64,000 nt of DNA, taken from Lingula anatina (Eukaryota; Animalia; Brachiopoda). Shown here one piece after another: positions 38,483-51,059 of this stretch. Each line of letters begins with the position of its first letter. Positions within the stretch are counted from its first letter, which is position 1. Location: positions 3,294,954 to 3,358,953 of the forward strand of contig CM120644.1 of the NCBI GenBank assembly GCA_051362555.1. Direction: 5' to 3'. Below the pieces are notes generated by a model, which saw only the letters and a program-made list of their open reading frames with translations, had not been told where the DNA came from and did no database searches. The position numbers were made by a program, and so were the translations under genes.

Positions 38483-38850
38483 CTGGAGTAAGGACTTGTT
38501 GCAGTTGTGTCTTTTTGTCTTACACCAAGGCTGCAAACCAAACATCAGTCAGTGTTTTGGCTAACTGTAGCTGCCATCAAGTGTAATATATTTGTACATT
38601 GCTGCTTGAACACATTTAGGATGTATTCTTACGTATATTTTGTGTAGGGAAGTTTGGTTATCACACTGTCAATGTGGACAAGGTGAAAATGTCTTCCTGG
38701 TTGCAATTAGAAAGGTATTCTCCATCAAGAAACCTCTTTTCTGAAAATGGTTAGGACATAAAGCCAGATAAGAAATGCAAATGGAAGTCTTCTAAGTTTT
38801 GATAAGGTATAAAACTAAGACAGTCAGACAACATTAATTCTTTTGAAGAG

Positions 38851-38882
<32 letters not shown>

Positions 38883-40461
38883 TTATTCTTATTATTACAA
38901 AGGCAAATTTTCCTGAGGGCAGTAAATTAGGTGTAAATTGAAACAGGGGGAAGAGAGGTGGGGGGGGAGGAGAAATTATGTTTCAAGGAAAGAAGAGTTT
39001 CTGGTCAAGCAAAGGCATAATATTGTTTGTGGATACAATATTTGATGTAGTAATAAATTGGGAGATTTGGTGTTTGTTATTAACTCTATTGTTCATGGGA
39101 TAAAAAGACGTAATGGTTCATGTCAACTGAGGCACGTAATCCTTTGCATGCATCCACACAGCTATGGTAGCCAGAAAATGGGTTGATATTGTGTTATGAA
39201 ATAATTTATTAAGCCCCCTTCACACTGGACAGCGTCCTTTCTGTGTCCCTTTGTACAGCCCTGTTTAAAAGTAAAAAATAATAATACTTTAAGTGCCGAC
39301 AACTCGCCCATCATTGAGCATTTATTCTGCAACCAAAGTGACTCTTGTGCCTCCTTCCTACAACCACAGCGATGCCAGTTTCGTCATCGCATGAAGGAGA
39401 CAGAAAGGAGTCAGCCCAGTGTAAGGGGGTTTTATAAAGGTGAAAAAATGTTACTGTGCACACTTCATGGAAAATTTGTCAGAGAGATGAATAGGGGATA
39501 TAGTTCAACACTTATGAAGCCAACATGTATGTCTACTTTATGAGCCAAATAGTCCACTGTAGTAGATAGGTGTTAACTCCTATTATATTGTATTGTACAA
39601 CAGCTTTATAAGGCATGATTGTTTCATAATTCTTTGGGAAAATTTTGAAATTAAATGGCGTATGCTGCTGTTGTTGGTAAAAAGTATGTTGCCGTATTTT
39701 AGTCTTGGTTGATACTCGTAGTTGCAACCTTGATTCATTCAGTTATTTGTGTTCATCTTTATGTTTTATCTACCTTCCTGAGCTAAAGTGAAAATCAATA
39801 TCTTGTTCAGTTCTGACCTAGAAAAAAAAAGCTATCCTTGTAATTCACTCCATTCATGTTACACATGAAAGTATTTGGAAGTCAGATTAGCTTTTCATTT
39901 TCAGCTCTTTTGTTTGATGAAGGATCTCCTGTTCATTAGCAGATCTAAATGTATTATGTTTACTGATGACAAGTATTTGAATTTAGAACTGTTTGACAGT
40001 GTTAATTGTCATATATTATCATGAACATTTATAGTGTTAGGTAAAGTACCTGTAAGTAGCTCACGTATCAGTAATTAGTTGTCACATAAATTGACGTGGA
40101 AGAACAATGAATTTCATCATTCACTTTTGTCAAATATCAAATTGGCCAGACAGGATAACATTACAAAACACCCAGATTTAAACAAATGGTTGATTTAGTT
40201 GTTGGTTGTAAAACCTTTAATGAACAAATGTTATCAATTACCAGTTTATGTATTTTTTTTTTTAATTTTTTAATTATGATTATCAGATTTATCCCCTTGT
40301 TGCATAGATTATTGGGTAACTTATAACCCCAGTTGGTTGAAATACTCAGATGAACTTTTTTTATCATTAGAAGCTAGGAAAAAAGCAGCATGAGATAAAT
40401 GCTTGATGCTTCATTTAGGATTATTTCAACAAATTGCTCATGTGTTTTTACAAAGTGTCTA

Positions 40462-40687
40462 AGAGACCATTCCCACAGATATTTAGATCATTCTACCTAT
40501 TGAGGAGTCTCACTAGATTGCTGTCAGCTTAGCTGGCTTAAATGTCTGTCCCGCCTACTAAAAGCTGTTAGGGGGTAATTAACTTTTGTGCACGCTCGGC
40601 TCCTGGAATCTAACAGCAATTTAGCGTGAACCCCTAGGGAGTTGGGTAGATCCAGATGGATCAATCTAAGTCTGTGGGTACCCAGTC
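40462..40687 (+). mobile_element. MITE family A, copy 2 (more diverged)
   Basis: Shares gagtctcactagatt..cttaaatgtc..cccgcctacta..ggggtaattaactt..tttagcgtgaacccc with the other copies. Confidence 0.85.
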
Positions 40688-41588
40688 TAAATCCATCAGG
40701 TGTGCTAACCACAGTTCAGAGCTCACAATCAAATACCTCTGTTAGAAATGGTTTCATTGCCATCCAGATGATATACATTCAAGATTATTCATCAGTTTTT
40801 TTTTTTTTTTTTTTTTTTTTTCTTCTTGATGAGTCTGAAAAAACTGTTTACACAAAAAGGTCTTGTCATTTACGTAAAACAAAGCCATCATTTTATAGTA
40901 CAAAACTTGCATTTTTGGTACAAATCCGCTAAATGATTGTCGATTACATGACACCATCTGCTCAAAGTCAGCCAGTCTTTTCGGATAAGTTAGATAAGTT
41001 GACCACAATGTGAATGGAACATTGGATGAAGGACCTATTGGATTCTTCTATCCATCACTACCTGTACTTGTTTTTCCTTCATTAGTTCCACTCCTCCAAC
41101 ACTTAATCCTTTATTGCAGTAAAAAGAAACTCTCATTGTTTTGAAAGAAGCCATTTTATTTTAAAGTCGTTCTGTAGTTGGTTGGAGCAAAAAACAGATA
41201 AAATAGAGTATTATGATCTGGAGAGCATTCAAAATTATTATCATAAATGTTCATAATAGGAAGTCAGTGTCCAAGTTTGATTGTTTCATGTGTTGCAATA
41301 GAACTTTATCAGTTTCAAACATGCATTCAAAATCATAAGGGTTGAAGTGTCATTTTTAAGTACGTTGTGGTTTAAGTTCTCTTGTCCATAAATCACATCG
41401 CTTTATTTACTGTTTGTTTTGTGCAATATCATGTGATAGAGTTTCATTGTCTTATGTTGTCGCCTTTTTTTCTTTTTCTTTTTTATTTCAAATTAAAACT
41501 AAGTATTCAAGGTGTTTTTTTTTCCTTACAGGGCATTTCTCCAATGACCAGTCAGTTTCATGCCCAACCTCTAATTGTCAGTCTTCAG

Positions 41589-41736
41589 GGCTCCGTAACT
41601 TGAAAGCATCGCGAATTGCGAATAGCACTATCACCTTTCATTTCGAGGCTATTATATGGGGCGAGAAAATCCCGAGTTATGGAGTAGAGATGCTTGTGCT
41701 CGGTTGCAATTCGCGATGCTTTCAAGTTACGGAGCC
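41589..41736. mobile_element. MITE family D (long TIRs, CAG flanks); related copies at about 19627-19776 and 54813-54935
   Basis: CAG-ggctccgtaacttgaaagcatcgcgaattgc ... gcaattcgcgatgctttcaagttacggagcc-CAG. Confidence 0.85.
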
Positions 41737-42668
41737 CAGGTCTGCCTGACACGGTCCATTAAACTGTTCATAGTGAGATATTAAAAGAACCTGTTGTAAA
41801 GAGGCCGTGACATCAGAATAACGGCAGAAATCCTCATGTTGAACAGTTACAGAAATTTATATATCTCAGTAAAAGTATTTTGGCATTTTGTATTATTAAT
41901 TTTATATATATATCAGTCAGTATTTAAGGGTTGCTTTTAGTTACATTTTGTTCAGTCATAAAAAAGAGGGGACTTTGTAAGTAAAATTCCAACAGACCTT
42001 ATGAGACGGTGACCCTTAAGAATCTGGGCCAAGATTTAAAAATGTGGCTAAAATTGTAAGACATAGTGTTAAACTAAAAGGCACAAAATATAATAGGAGG
42101 TTTATGTCAAACAATGAAAATGGAGTTTGGAAGTCACTGCAATTTTTATTATGAAGCATGTGTAAAATATTTGTTATAAATTACGTAAAGGAGGTAAGAA
42201 TATGTAAGGAAGACCACAGTTGTCATTTTAATATAATTTTTTTTTCTTATTGTAAATGTATATTTGTAATCCATTGTATCAGAAATTATAATGAGTTTCT
42301 CAAAATTGTGTTATGTTATTACATCACAGAAGTCATTCCATTTCATTGCAGTCATTTTTTATCTTTAACTTATGATTATTATTTATTATTATTATTTTTT
42401 TTTTACTGTTCATCCAGTTCCAAACCTTGGATGTCTGCCATGGCATTTTATTATAAAATTTTTTTTTGAATATGGTAAATACAGACATGAACATCATCAT
42501 AGTAATATTTGTTGAAAAAGAAAAGATATATATGAAATAGCCTAAGAGGCCACATACCCAGACTCCTGTCCTCTTGTACAGACTTGTGTGCCCTTTCCCT
42601 TGTTGTATTTTCAGGACATTTTTTAAAGCCCCACTTCCAACCATCTCTTCTGTACATTTATTAATTAA

Positions 42669-42990
42669 AGAGATAATAACTCTTCGTATGAGATCTATAT
42701 TTCACAATAAAAACATTGTGAATAACTCATAGAAATATAATATATTCTGTTTCACGACAATAACAGCAGTTATAGCTATTATTCTGATATCTGAGTTTGA
42801 CCTCCATTGATGGCTATACTGTGTTATAATCTCTTAAGAGATTTTAACAAAAGACCAAACTTTTTAGAAAAAAAACAGGGACTAACTTTGAATGTAAAAA
42901 TGGATTCATTAACCATTGATAAGTATGGGAAAATTGTTGTTTACTCCAGGAAAATACATTTTTTGGCCAAAACGAAGAGTTATTATCCCT
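42669..42990 (+). mobile_element. Family C copy 3
   Basis: Same TIRs and internal sequence. It is the source of the spurious ORF 42807-43070. Confidence 0.88.
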
Positions 42991-43303
42991 TAAAGTGCAT
43001 CCAAAACGGACAACACATTACTATGTTGGGTAAGAATGAAATGACTGCTTTACAAAAGTCAAGTCATTAACTAAAGTACTTGGTTATATGTTAACTATAA
43101 AATATGAATAGGGGTAAAAAGTTGAAAAAAAACATCTTGATTAATTTTAAAGTGAAAAGTTACTGTTGATTGAAAGGAATGTAAAAAGTCCACAGGCAAG
43201 ATGAGTTTCGGTTTTAAATGCCTCTCAAAGAGAATTTCTGTCAGTGTCCACAGATAAATCCTGTCAGCTTTTATTCTCAGTTGTACGCCCATTATTCCTG
43301 ACA

Positions 43304-43319
43304 CCCCTCTCCCCCCCCC

Positions 43320-43354
<35 letters not shown>
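43304..43354. repeat. Poly-C tract
   Basis: Direct inspection. Confidence 0.95.
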
Positions 43355-43356
<2 letters not shown>

Positions 43357-44170
43357 CTCCTCAGATTTTGCAAAGTTATAAAACTCAGAAGATCCCCACT
43401 GTGACCTGGTTTCTCACAATTATTTTCTCTCGGCTGACTCGTCATCATCAAACACCCAGTAATAAATGCTCACTCTGACTGCAACATTGTGCAAATTCAC
43501 GTGTTCTAAATTCTAAATTACACAAATATATAATTATGTATTTGCATTTCACTGCAACAAATTCCAATCTCACCTGTCTTTTGTTGGTAGATGTCACAGT
43601 AAACAAATGTTTTATTACTTCCCCACACAAAACAGAAGACGTCTGTATGCATGACGCAACAGTGGATGCCAATCCCGGACTTTACCTATAATAGTAGATG
43701 TCACAGTTACCCATGTCAGGTCCTAGATTTATAACCTTTACTTTTTATTGAGACATTAAAATTGTGTAAAATTCTTTCTTGGATGCTCATGTACAAGAGC
43801 ACAGCTAGGATAACAAACAAACATCCGTGTATTACGATAAAATTGTCCCCGTCTTGATTTTGATCTATGAAAATATGTATCCTTGTGCCCTTCTCCCCAA
43901 ACAAAATGCGGGTATCCCCCCGCCCTCCCCCCGCGCCAAGTGTGCACATAAGGCTGTATGCACTTTGTCTTCTAGTTATACACAGAACACCAGCGGTAAA
44001 ATATTCTTCCCCGACTATATTTTTTTCTATGAAAATATTTATCAATGTGCCCTCCCCCTCCCCATACAAAATGCGGGCACCTCCCCCGCCGCATCACCGT
44101 CTTCTGGCTACACAGACAGCACCAACACCAATGTAGTCTCCATCATTTTACTATCTCCACGTAGTATTAC

Positions 44171-45316
44171 CTAACTTTCAACAGGTATTTTAGTGTCCAA
44201 CAATAATAAAAACTTCTCCCAAGAACCGCCTTCCATGTAACTCGGTTCCAATCCTATCCGAGTGACTAGGTCCACCAGAGGCTGACCAGGAAAGTCTAGA
44301 GGAACAATGAAGCCAACAATGAGATGGGCAACGTTCTGTTGTGACGCCATGGATATTGCTCGTAGGAGATGACTAGTTACGTGGCTTTCCACATCATCTC
44401 TGTGTCCGTATAAATCTATATTGGTGTACAGACCGTGTGAGCAACGATATATCATGACTGCACTTATGAAGCTAGGTGTGCTGATGTTAACTGTGTTATG
44501 ATCTCTTTGAAAAGATGCATAAACTTCACATTCTGTGGTTATAATGTCAGCATTGTTCGGATGGATGCTGTAAGGCACCCTGCCTAACACGGCAACATCG
44601 CCTGGAAACAGACCTTGAATTTGTTTTCCAGAAGCTAAAATATTGCGCAGGCCAGCTGTTGAAACCTTCGTCAACTTAGAGCTGGCTTCATCTTGGTTCA
44701 TTTTTTGATTTCTTAAATCTTTTCCACCAACTAAACCAGGGCTTTGGAGCTGAAAACAAAACATTTTGCTCCTCGACACTTCTGAGATACTGCCATGTAA
44801 TTTTGGTACCTCATCCACGTTTATCTTTCTTGTTAGCCTAAATCGCTCTAAGTTGGGGTGCTTCCTTCGCTCCTGTCTACCCATGTATGCCATCAACTCA
44901 GTCATAATTCCCTGTCCCCTGCAGGTCGGCTTCATCCTCCCGCCTCGTAAAACAAACGTGCTTTCACAGTCCACAATATGAGAGAGAGCAAAGCCAACAA
45001 CTTCACCCGAAAGCTCCGCGACGTACCCAGTTATTAGCGGAGACGACATCAGTTGGTGGTAATAATGTGGAACGGAGTCCATGCCATCGTAGATGTTTTT
45101 GTTGATACTCACGACGGCGTCGAAGTCGTGGTGACTTGCTTTTCGACACAACACACCTTTATTCAATGTGTGAGCGCACCTGAGAAGCTTGCTGTTGCAT
45201 AATGTGATGTCCGACTTCGGTAGTAAAAAAAGCGATTGACTTTCTTTTGTTGTGAAATCCAAAATGTTTCGAAAAGTACGCCCGCAAAGAAAGCACAGTC
45301 GATGCCGTAAATACAT
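44171..45316 (-). CDS. Intronless GNAT acetyltransferase, NAT16/histidine N-acetyltransferase-like, 381 aa from the first ATG
   Basis: Single long ORF; the track start at 45361 is TTG and the first ATG is at 45316. CRKASHHDFDAVVSINKNIYDGMDSVPHYY...VAELSGEVVGF...GGRMKPTCRGQGI contains the acetyl-CoA-binding RGxG motif and resembles the NAT16/HISAT N-terminal GNAT domain. Confidence 0.75.
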   Translation of the reverse strand: MYLRHRLCFLCGRTFRNILDFTTKESQSLFLLPKSDITLCNSKLLRCAHTLNKGVLCRKASHHDFDAVVSINKNIYDGMDSVPHYYHQLMSSPLITGYVAELSGEVVGFALSHIVDCESTFVLRGGRMKPTCRGQGIMTELMAYMGRQERRKHPNLERFRLTRKINVDEVPKLHGSISEVSRSKMFCFQLQSPGLVGGKDLRNQKMNQDEASSKLTKVSTAGLRNILASGKQIQGLFPGDVAVLGRVPYSIHPNNADIITTECEVYASFQRDHNTVNISTPSFISAVMIYRCSHGLYTNIDLYGHRDDVESHVTSHLLRAISMASQQNVAHLIVGFIVPLDFPGQPLVDLVTRIGLEPSYMEGGSWEKFLLLLDTKIPVES

Positions 45317-45449
45317 GTTTACTTTTGAGGCAGGCCCTATACAGTTAAGGTAAACAGCCAAAATATGTAAGATTTGTAAGTTACATCATGAGCAGCTATA
45401 GGTTCTATATTGTAGGTCAGGGCCCGTTTCACGAAGCTGTCGTTACTTA

Positions 45450-45652
45450 GACCCCATTCCCAGAGATTAGATCGACCTAACTCCCTGGGGGTTCACGCTA
45501 AATAGCTGTCAGCCGAGAGGGCACAAAAGTTAATTACCCCCTTACAGCTTGTAGTAGGCGGGACGGACATTTAAGCCGGATTAGGCCTATCTGACAGTAA
45601 TCTAGTGAGACTCCCCGCGGGGATAGATCGATCTAAAATCTATGGGAACCCT
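45450..45652 (-). mobile_element. MITE family A, copy 3, nested in a family B MITE (45419-45722)
   Basis: Reverse complement of 10100-10315. The host element has TIRs gggcccgtttcacgaagct / agcttcgtgagacgggccc flanked by CAG. Confidence 0.88.
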
Positions 45653-46424
45653 TAGAGTAACTAACGAGAGAAATACCTTGCTTACTAACGTCACTAAAGA
45701 GAGCTTCGTGAGACGGGCCCCAGTTCAGGACAGGTCAGGACAAGGAGAAAACGTTTGCGCATGCGTTACAAAACTACGTTTTATGCAGACGACTGGTGTT
45801 TTGCAGGCTGTGAATTTCCGAAATATAGATGGATCTATAGATCTAAATGTATGATTTTAAGGAAATAAATCGAAAAAAACAACCGTTCAAGACGTCTTGT
45901 TTCAAATGCACCTCGTCAGCCGTGTGCGTAGCATGAAACTCATGCGGTTAGGGACTGGTCATAAAGAATTGGGGGGGGGGGGAGTTTGAGTAGGGTGGGG
46001 CAGAAGAAGTAGGGCTAGGTGACAATATTTTTGCCTACAAAAAGGGGTGGGACTTTTCGGACTATTGGCGGACTCTGACTCTTTGGGAGCCAAAAATATT
46101 AAGCTATATTTTCCGACTTGGTCACTAAATGGCGGTCCCACCCTTGCAAGTATAACAGTTCATGCTCTGCTATGACATCCCTATACTTACAGGAATTGGA
46201 AACTATTAAGGAGAGCAGGCCTTCTCTTCCGTTTCTTGGATTTTGCTCTATTTTCTTTTTGTCTTCTTCTTTTTTTTTTTTTTTTGCTTATTTGTTTATT
46301 AATTAATTAATTAATTAATTTATTTATTTATTTATTATTAGGCCTATTATTATTATTATTATTATTATTATTTGGTTGTTGACACGCCACAATCTGGCTA
46401 CAGACGGGTAGGGCCTTCCTATTC

Positions 46425-47869
46425 TTAAGTTTCCCCTCTTATTTCTTCAACTGTTTGCAAGACCTCCAGAATTTCTCCATTCATTGACCTTACATCACCC
46501 AAGCTTGTCTCATTAAATTCGCGAGTACGTTCCTGACAACATTTTCGCTTGCTAAAATTTGAGAAAATTTTCACATTGTACTCCTCTATTCTTCGATTTC
46601 TTTCATTTGTCACCTGTATTACCTAAGTTACGTAGACCGTGCAGAACAACTTTGAATAATTTATATTGTCAGGACAGCTGACGTTACCGTGATACAGTAT
46701 TGGTAGTTTGGAGTGCTTCTTGATTAAAGCTGAATTAAAATTCAGGAAATAATATTTCAAAAAAATTTTTTTGAATGGATTCTTATTTATCCCTAAAACT
46801 GTTGATGAGGCCAGGGTGCCCAGCTTGACATGCCTACTCCAGTGCTTGTCGTGTTATTGTTATATAAATACTCAGTAACTCGTCTACTTGTGTGATTGAT
46901 TTAGTGTAGCCATTTGACCAAGGAAGATAAGGTGTAAGATTGTATCCCCGGTTAAGTCATGGCTAATTGCAAGGCCTAAAAGACTGCAGATTCCACCCTA
47001 TCCACTTCTTTGCCATATTTAATATGGAAAGCAATTTCTAACGAATTTCTCGAGAGAAGGAGTCTGTTCGTCGCGGTGAAAGCGTGAAAATGATTTTACA
47101 ACGATCTAACTGGTAAACAAGCAGATGGGTATTGCCTGCATCACAGCTCTGATGATGGGAAACTGACTTTGGAGATGAAAGGTAAGAAAAAAAATTGAGA
47201 GCTCCAGCACCGCGGCGGGTGCCCTAACTAGTCCTCATTTTACATTTTTTTTACCTCTGCCAAAGAGATCATGTTTTCACCCCTGTTTGTTTGTTTGTTT
47301 GTTTGTTTGTGTGTCTGTCATCAACATAACTGAAAAAGTTTTGGACCGATTTTGATGAAATTTTCAGGAACTGTCAGAAGTGGTCCAAGGAACAGATGAT
47401 TAGTTTTTGGTGGTGATCCGGATCAATAATCAATCAATAATCAATAATCAAAAATATCGAAAATTTAGGGGTGAAACGGCATTGGATGGAGACTTTGCTG
47501 CCTTGGCGGAGGTCTGCGCTCTCACTCTCTGAGTGCTTTTCTAGTTAGTCCTTTGCTGTCATGCCTTAAAACAGCCAATACATATCAAAATCGTCAACAG
47601 GAGTACTAAACCCACGGATTTCGTGTGAGTGTGTGCAGTCCGTGTGTGTAAAAGAGACAAAATACCAGAATTATCAATGTATGGCCCACTCAACGTACAT
47701 GTGCCTCCTTCTTGAGATATGGCCCTTGGGAGTTCTGGGCAGTTCTTGAGCAGGTAAGGTGGTTCAGTCCGTCATGCAGCGCTCTTGCAGTTAGTTCGAT
47801 GTTGTTGCTCAGTACAAAGCAGGCCAATTCTTCTGTGTTGCCGTCAAGTGTTCGGGTCCCAAAGAACCA
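46425..47869 (-). CDS. Two putative terminal exons of an unidentified gene (47869-47699 and 46613-46425)
   Basis: A 171-nt open phase-0 exon (gtttcag acceptor, gtacgt donor; WFFGTRTLDGNTEELACFVLSNN...KKEAH) joins in frame to a terminal exon after a cag acceptor (VTNERNRRIEEY...EEIRGET*). No homology recognised and upstream exons not established. Confidence 0.4.
47251..47546 (+). mobile_element. Helentron-associated non-autonomous element (HINE/DINE-1-like)
   Basis: Sub-terminal inverted repeat acctctgccaaag / ccttggcggaggt, a (GTTT)n microsatellite after the 5' end, a 3' stem-loop (cactc..gagtg) ending ctagtt, and insertion at a T-run. Confidence 0.8.
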
Positions 47870-48903
47870 CTGAAACACGTAACATAAACTGAATATAAAG
47901 GTTATTAATAATTTCGACTGCTTCGGATAGGCTTAGTCGTTTCATTTTTAAGATGTGCTTATGAGTTACGGCAGTATCAATGGTAGGTTCATCGCATTTT
48001 AGAAATTTCGTTATTATTATTTGACAAAAAAAAAAAAAAAAAAAAAAAAGGATTGTGGAACCTTTTAATAATTTGGTTAGATGCATTTTGCAGCTACATG
48101 TATGTTCATGAAGTTATTGTGTTTAAAGGTACTCTATACGGGATTTACAGTTCCATTTTTTTTCTTCGGAGAAAAAAGCAATTGCCCTTACACACGAATC
48201 ATTACTCGATCCGTTCCTGCACTCGGAGTCGATGTTTTATTCCATTTCAATTAATTATTTATTTCTAAATGACTGGCCAGTCAATAAGAACTCAATTTTT
48301 CCTGTACATTTCATAAGGAACGATTGAATGTCTGGTACTACTTTATTTTAACCATTTTGAAGTTTTTAAAAATTGAATTGGGAAAGACTGATAGTTGTGC
48401 AAGAAAATGTACGCAAAGAAAATATTATACAACACGCTCAGTATATCGGTATAAATCTAATTGGTGCTGCCACTGGTGCGGTCGGTATTACTGACAATAG
48501 CCACAATAGTTCAGCAATTACAATATTCAGTAATTCGGAACTGAAATAGTATTATACTGTATGATTTAAAAAAAACTAACAAATTGGCCCCACTAGAATG
48601 TGGAGTACAGAATTTTTATATTGAAATAAATATTAGTGCTCTGTTTTACTAGCAGAAGTTCCTCACTGGAAGCTTGCCTTTCTTGAAATGGGATTTCTAA
48701 ATACATTATTAAGTTATTATTTTAATATTTTTCTATGTACAAGTGTATATCTTGTTAATCGTTTTTTAACATAGTCTACGTAAACATTATGTAATAACTG
48801 CAATAAATAAATAAGTAAATATTCAAGTTGTAAGAAGTATTAGAATGTCCAAAATCTCATTTTTACTAGTACAGCAATGAGTGAGATATTTTCTTCTCAT
48901 TTT

Positions 48904-51059
48904 CTACAGTGATGGTTTTCGTGAATTGTTCCGGCAATTTGTAGATGGCGCTGCCGTATGATGAACACGCGTGAGTTCAATATTTTCACAGCTGCTGTGA
49001 CTGGCAAGCTTTTGTTCACGCCTAGGACTTGCGTCGTGAGGTATCAAAGGTGACCTCTCTGCAAGTGACCCTGACCTTGAACCTCGTCGTTCGGTACGTG
49101 ACTTCAAACCCCGCCTACTAAGACGTCTGTCACCGCTGTCTGTTTGCAAACTAGACTTGTTACTTAAACCTTTCGGATCTTCGTTGCTAACTGTTGAAGA
49201 TGGATGTTGTTGATCTGTTTTCCCCTGCAGGTAGTTTTGTTTTTGAGTGTCCAGAGCCGCCAGAGTAAAACTTGAAAACAGTGACGTCCTGTGTAGACCT
49301 GAAAGCAGTTTCTATGACATTACCGATGTATTATAAGCTTCACAGATATACGTGTGATCGGTTTTAGTGGCAACCTCAGAATCCAATAACTCCCACCCCT
49401 CCTGTAATTTACTTTTATTTTTCAAATAAATATTTTTCTAAAATGCAGGTACCGATGATTCTGGACCAGAGTTGACCAAGGAGTTTTGCAAAAACACTTT
49501 ACTGATTTTAGAGCAACTTAAATAACATATATTATCATTAAAAAATGAAAACCTTTTTGTTTTTGGTTTTCACATGTGGTCCATCCTTCGTTTATGCCCT
49601 GAATCCACCCACCCCATCCCCTCCCAGCTTTTATTCTCTTTCAGAGGCCCGTTTTAGCTCTTACAAAATTAGATGTTCGCTTTACATTGGCGATATGGCA
49701 ATTGATGTTCCCCTGATGTCAAAATAAATGAACATTTTGGTCTAAAAGTTAAGACCAATTTTCTGGCTAAAACACTTTCGTAACACAGATCCCAGTTCTT
49801 TCCAACTTACTGCCTTCACTGCGTTCTTTCACGTCCGCCACAGGAATGGCGCCTTCTTTCTTGCTCCCCTTCTTCGCATGTTTGGTTGCCGCAGCCAAGC
49901 CTTTCTTGGTAGTCTTCTTCGCTCCACGAATCACCCTGCAGCAGATGGAACAGAAGTCTAGAGGAGGAACTTCGTCCATCGCCCCCAGCTCTATTGCAGA
50001 CACATAACGCTTCATCAACCGTCGCCTAAGATTAAACACATTATATTATATTATATTATATTATATTATATTATATTATATTATATTATATTATATTAAT
50101 AAAATACAATATAAATCATGTAATTCATTCTATCATTTCATCGTATATTAAAATGTAGGGGAGGGAGCCAGCAAACGTACGTGACCAGTAAGAGCTCAAT
50201 ATAAACTTTCAGTATTTTAAAAATATAGGAAAATATATCCTATTGTTATATTGTAATGAAAATAAGTCATAAGTACTAATATCATTTGGTTCATTTAGTG
50301 AAATGAATTTTACAGTTAATGACTGATGAAACCTTTATGTCAAAGAGTCAAACAGTGCAAGTAAAAGGGCCAAACAGCAAAACTAATGGGAAGTAGCGGC
50401 CAGCAACAAGAGAGATTAGTTATCATACTTTAATGAGGAAGTAATGGAAAATCTGTATTAATAGAAGTCGTGAACTTAAGGCGACTCAGACACCATTACC
50501 AATTACGCAATTACAATACTTTGATTGATGGATTATATTGCAAAGTTATCGAAAAATGAAATAATAATAGATATTACGTAAGAGCGCTAGCCATGACACC
50601 ATTACCAAATAAGGTAATGTTATTAAATTGACGGTTAGCTTAGAATAAAAAATTGTGGAAACCAAAGAATCCTTGTAATGACTCACGGTATTGGAAGGTG
50701 GCACGATAAGTAAAAGAAGAAGACTTTTGTGATTGTAGAATGAGAGTAGACTCTATACGAATTAATCTTTTTGGCGCCATAAGAGTATGTTCTTCTTAGT
50801 GTTAATAATTTGGTTTAAGTTACAATACCATAGTTATGATATGGAAAATGAACCCATATCCTATAATGCTTTTTTTTCTATCTATACATATACATCGCAA
50901 TTCAATTGTGATTTTTTTTAGAATATTTACCAACCTTTCTCGGAGTGTCGCACAGCACAAACATAGGAGGAAACTAAAAATAATCACTGCCAGTGAAACC
51001 AATACAGCTAACCCACAGATGACGATAGGATCAACTTCTCCGTCGTTAGTATCTGTCAT
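48904..51059 (-). CDS. Uncharacterised single-pass membrane protein, 244 aa, 3 coding exons (duplicate copy A)
   Basis: Exons 51059-50935, 50025-49811 and 49298-48904 have canonical splice sites and matching phases (2, then 1), total 735 nt. MTDTNDGEVDP, then a TM segment IVICGLAVLVSLAVIIFSFLL, then CLCC, RERRRLMKR, and a Lys-rich and Ser/Arg-rich tail ending KPSL*. A 5'UTR donor lies at 51259. Confidence 0.7.
50040..50097. repeat. (ATATT)n pentanucleotide repeat
   Basis: Direct inspection. Confidence 0.95.

Noticed and set aside
30536-43070. Near-identical ORFs [15 protein letters not shown] at 30536-30763 and 42807-43070
   Set aside because: Both fall in copies of the family C MITE, start at TTG, and are not open in the other copies.
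43304-43354. Poly-C/G tract as a functional G-quadruplex
   Set aside because: Homopolymer C/G runs are common across this window (e.g. 13455, 29415, 45971), and nothing indicates function.
43716-44174. Overlapping ORFs of 60-117 aa downstream of the GNAT
   Set aside because: They overlap a local duplication of about 55 bp and C-rich low complexity, with no recognisable domain; probably 3'UTR or repeat.
47020-47190. Plus-strand exon-like stretch ending AAG|GTAAG
   Set aside because: Stops or frame breaks in the frames checked, and no clear acceptor or partner exon.
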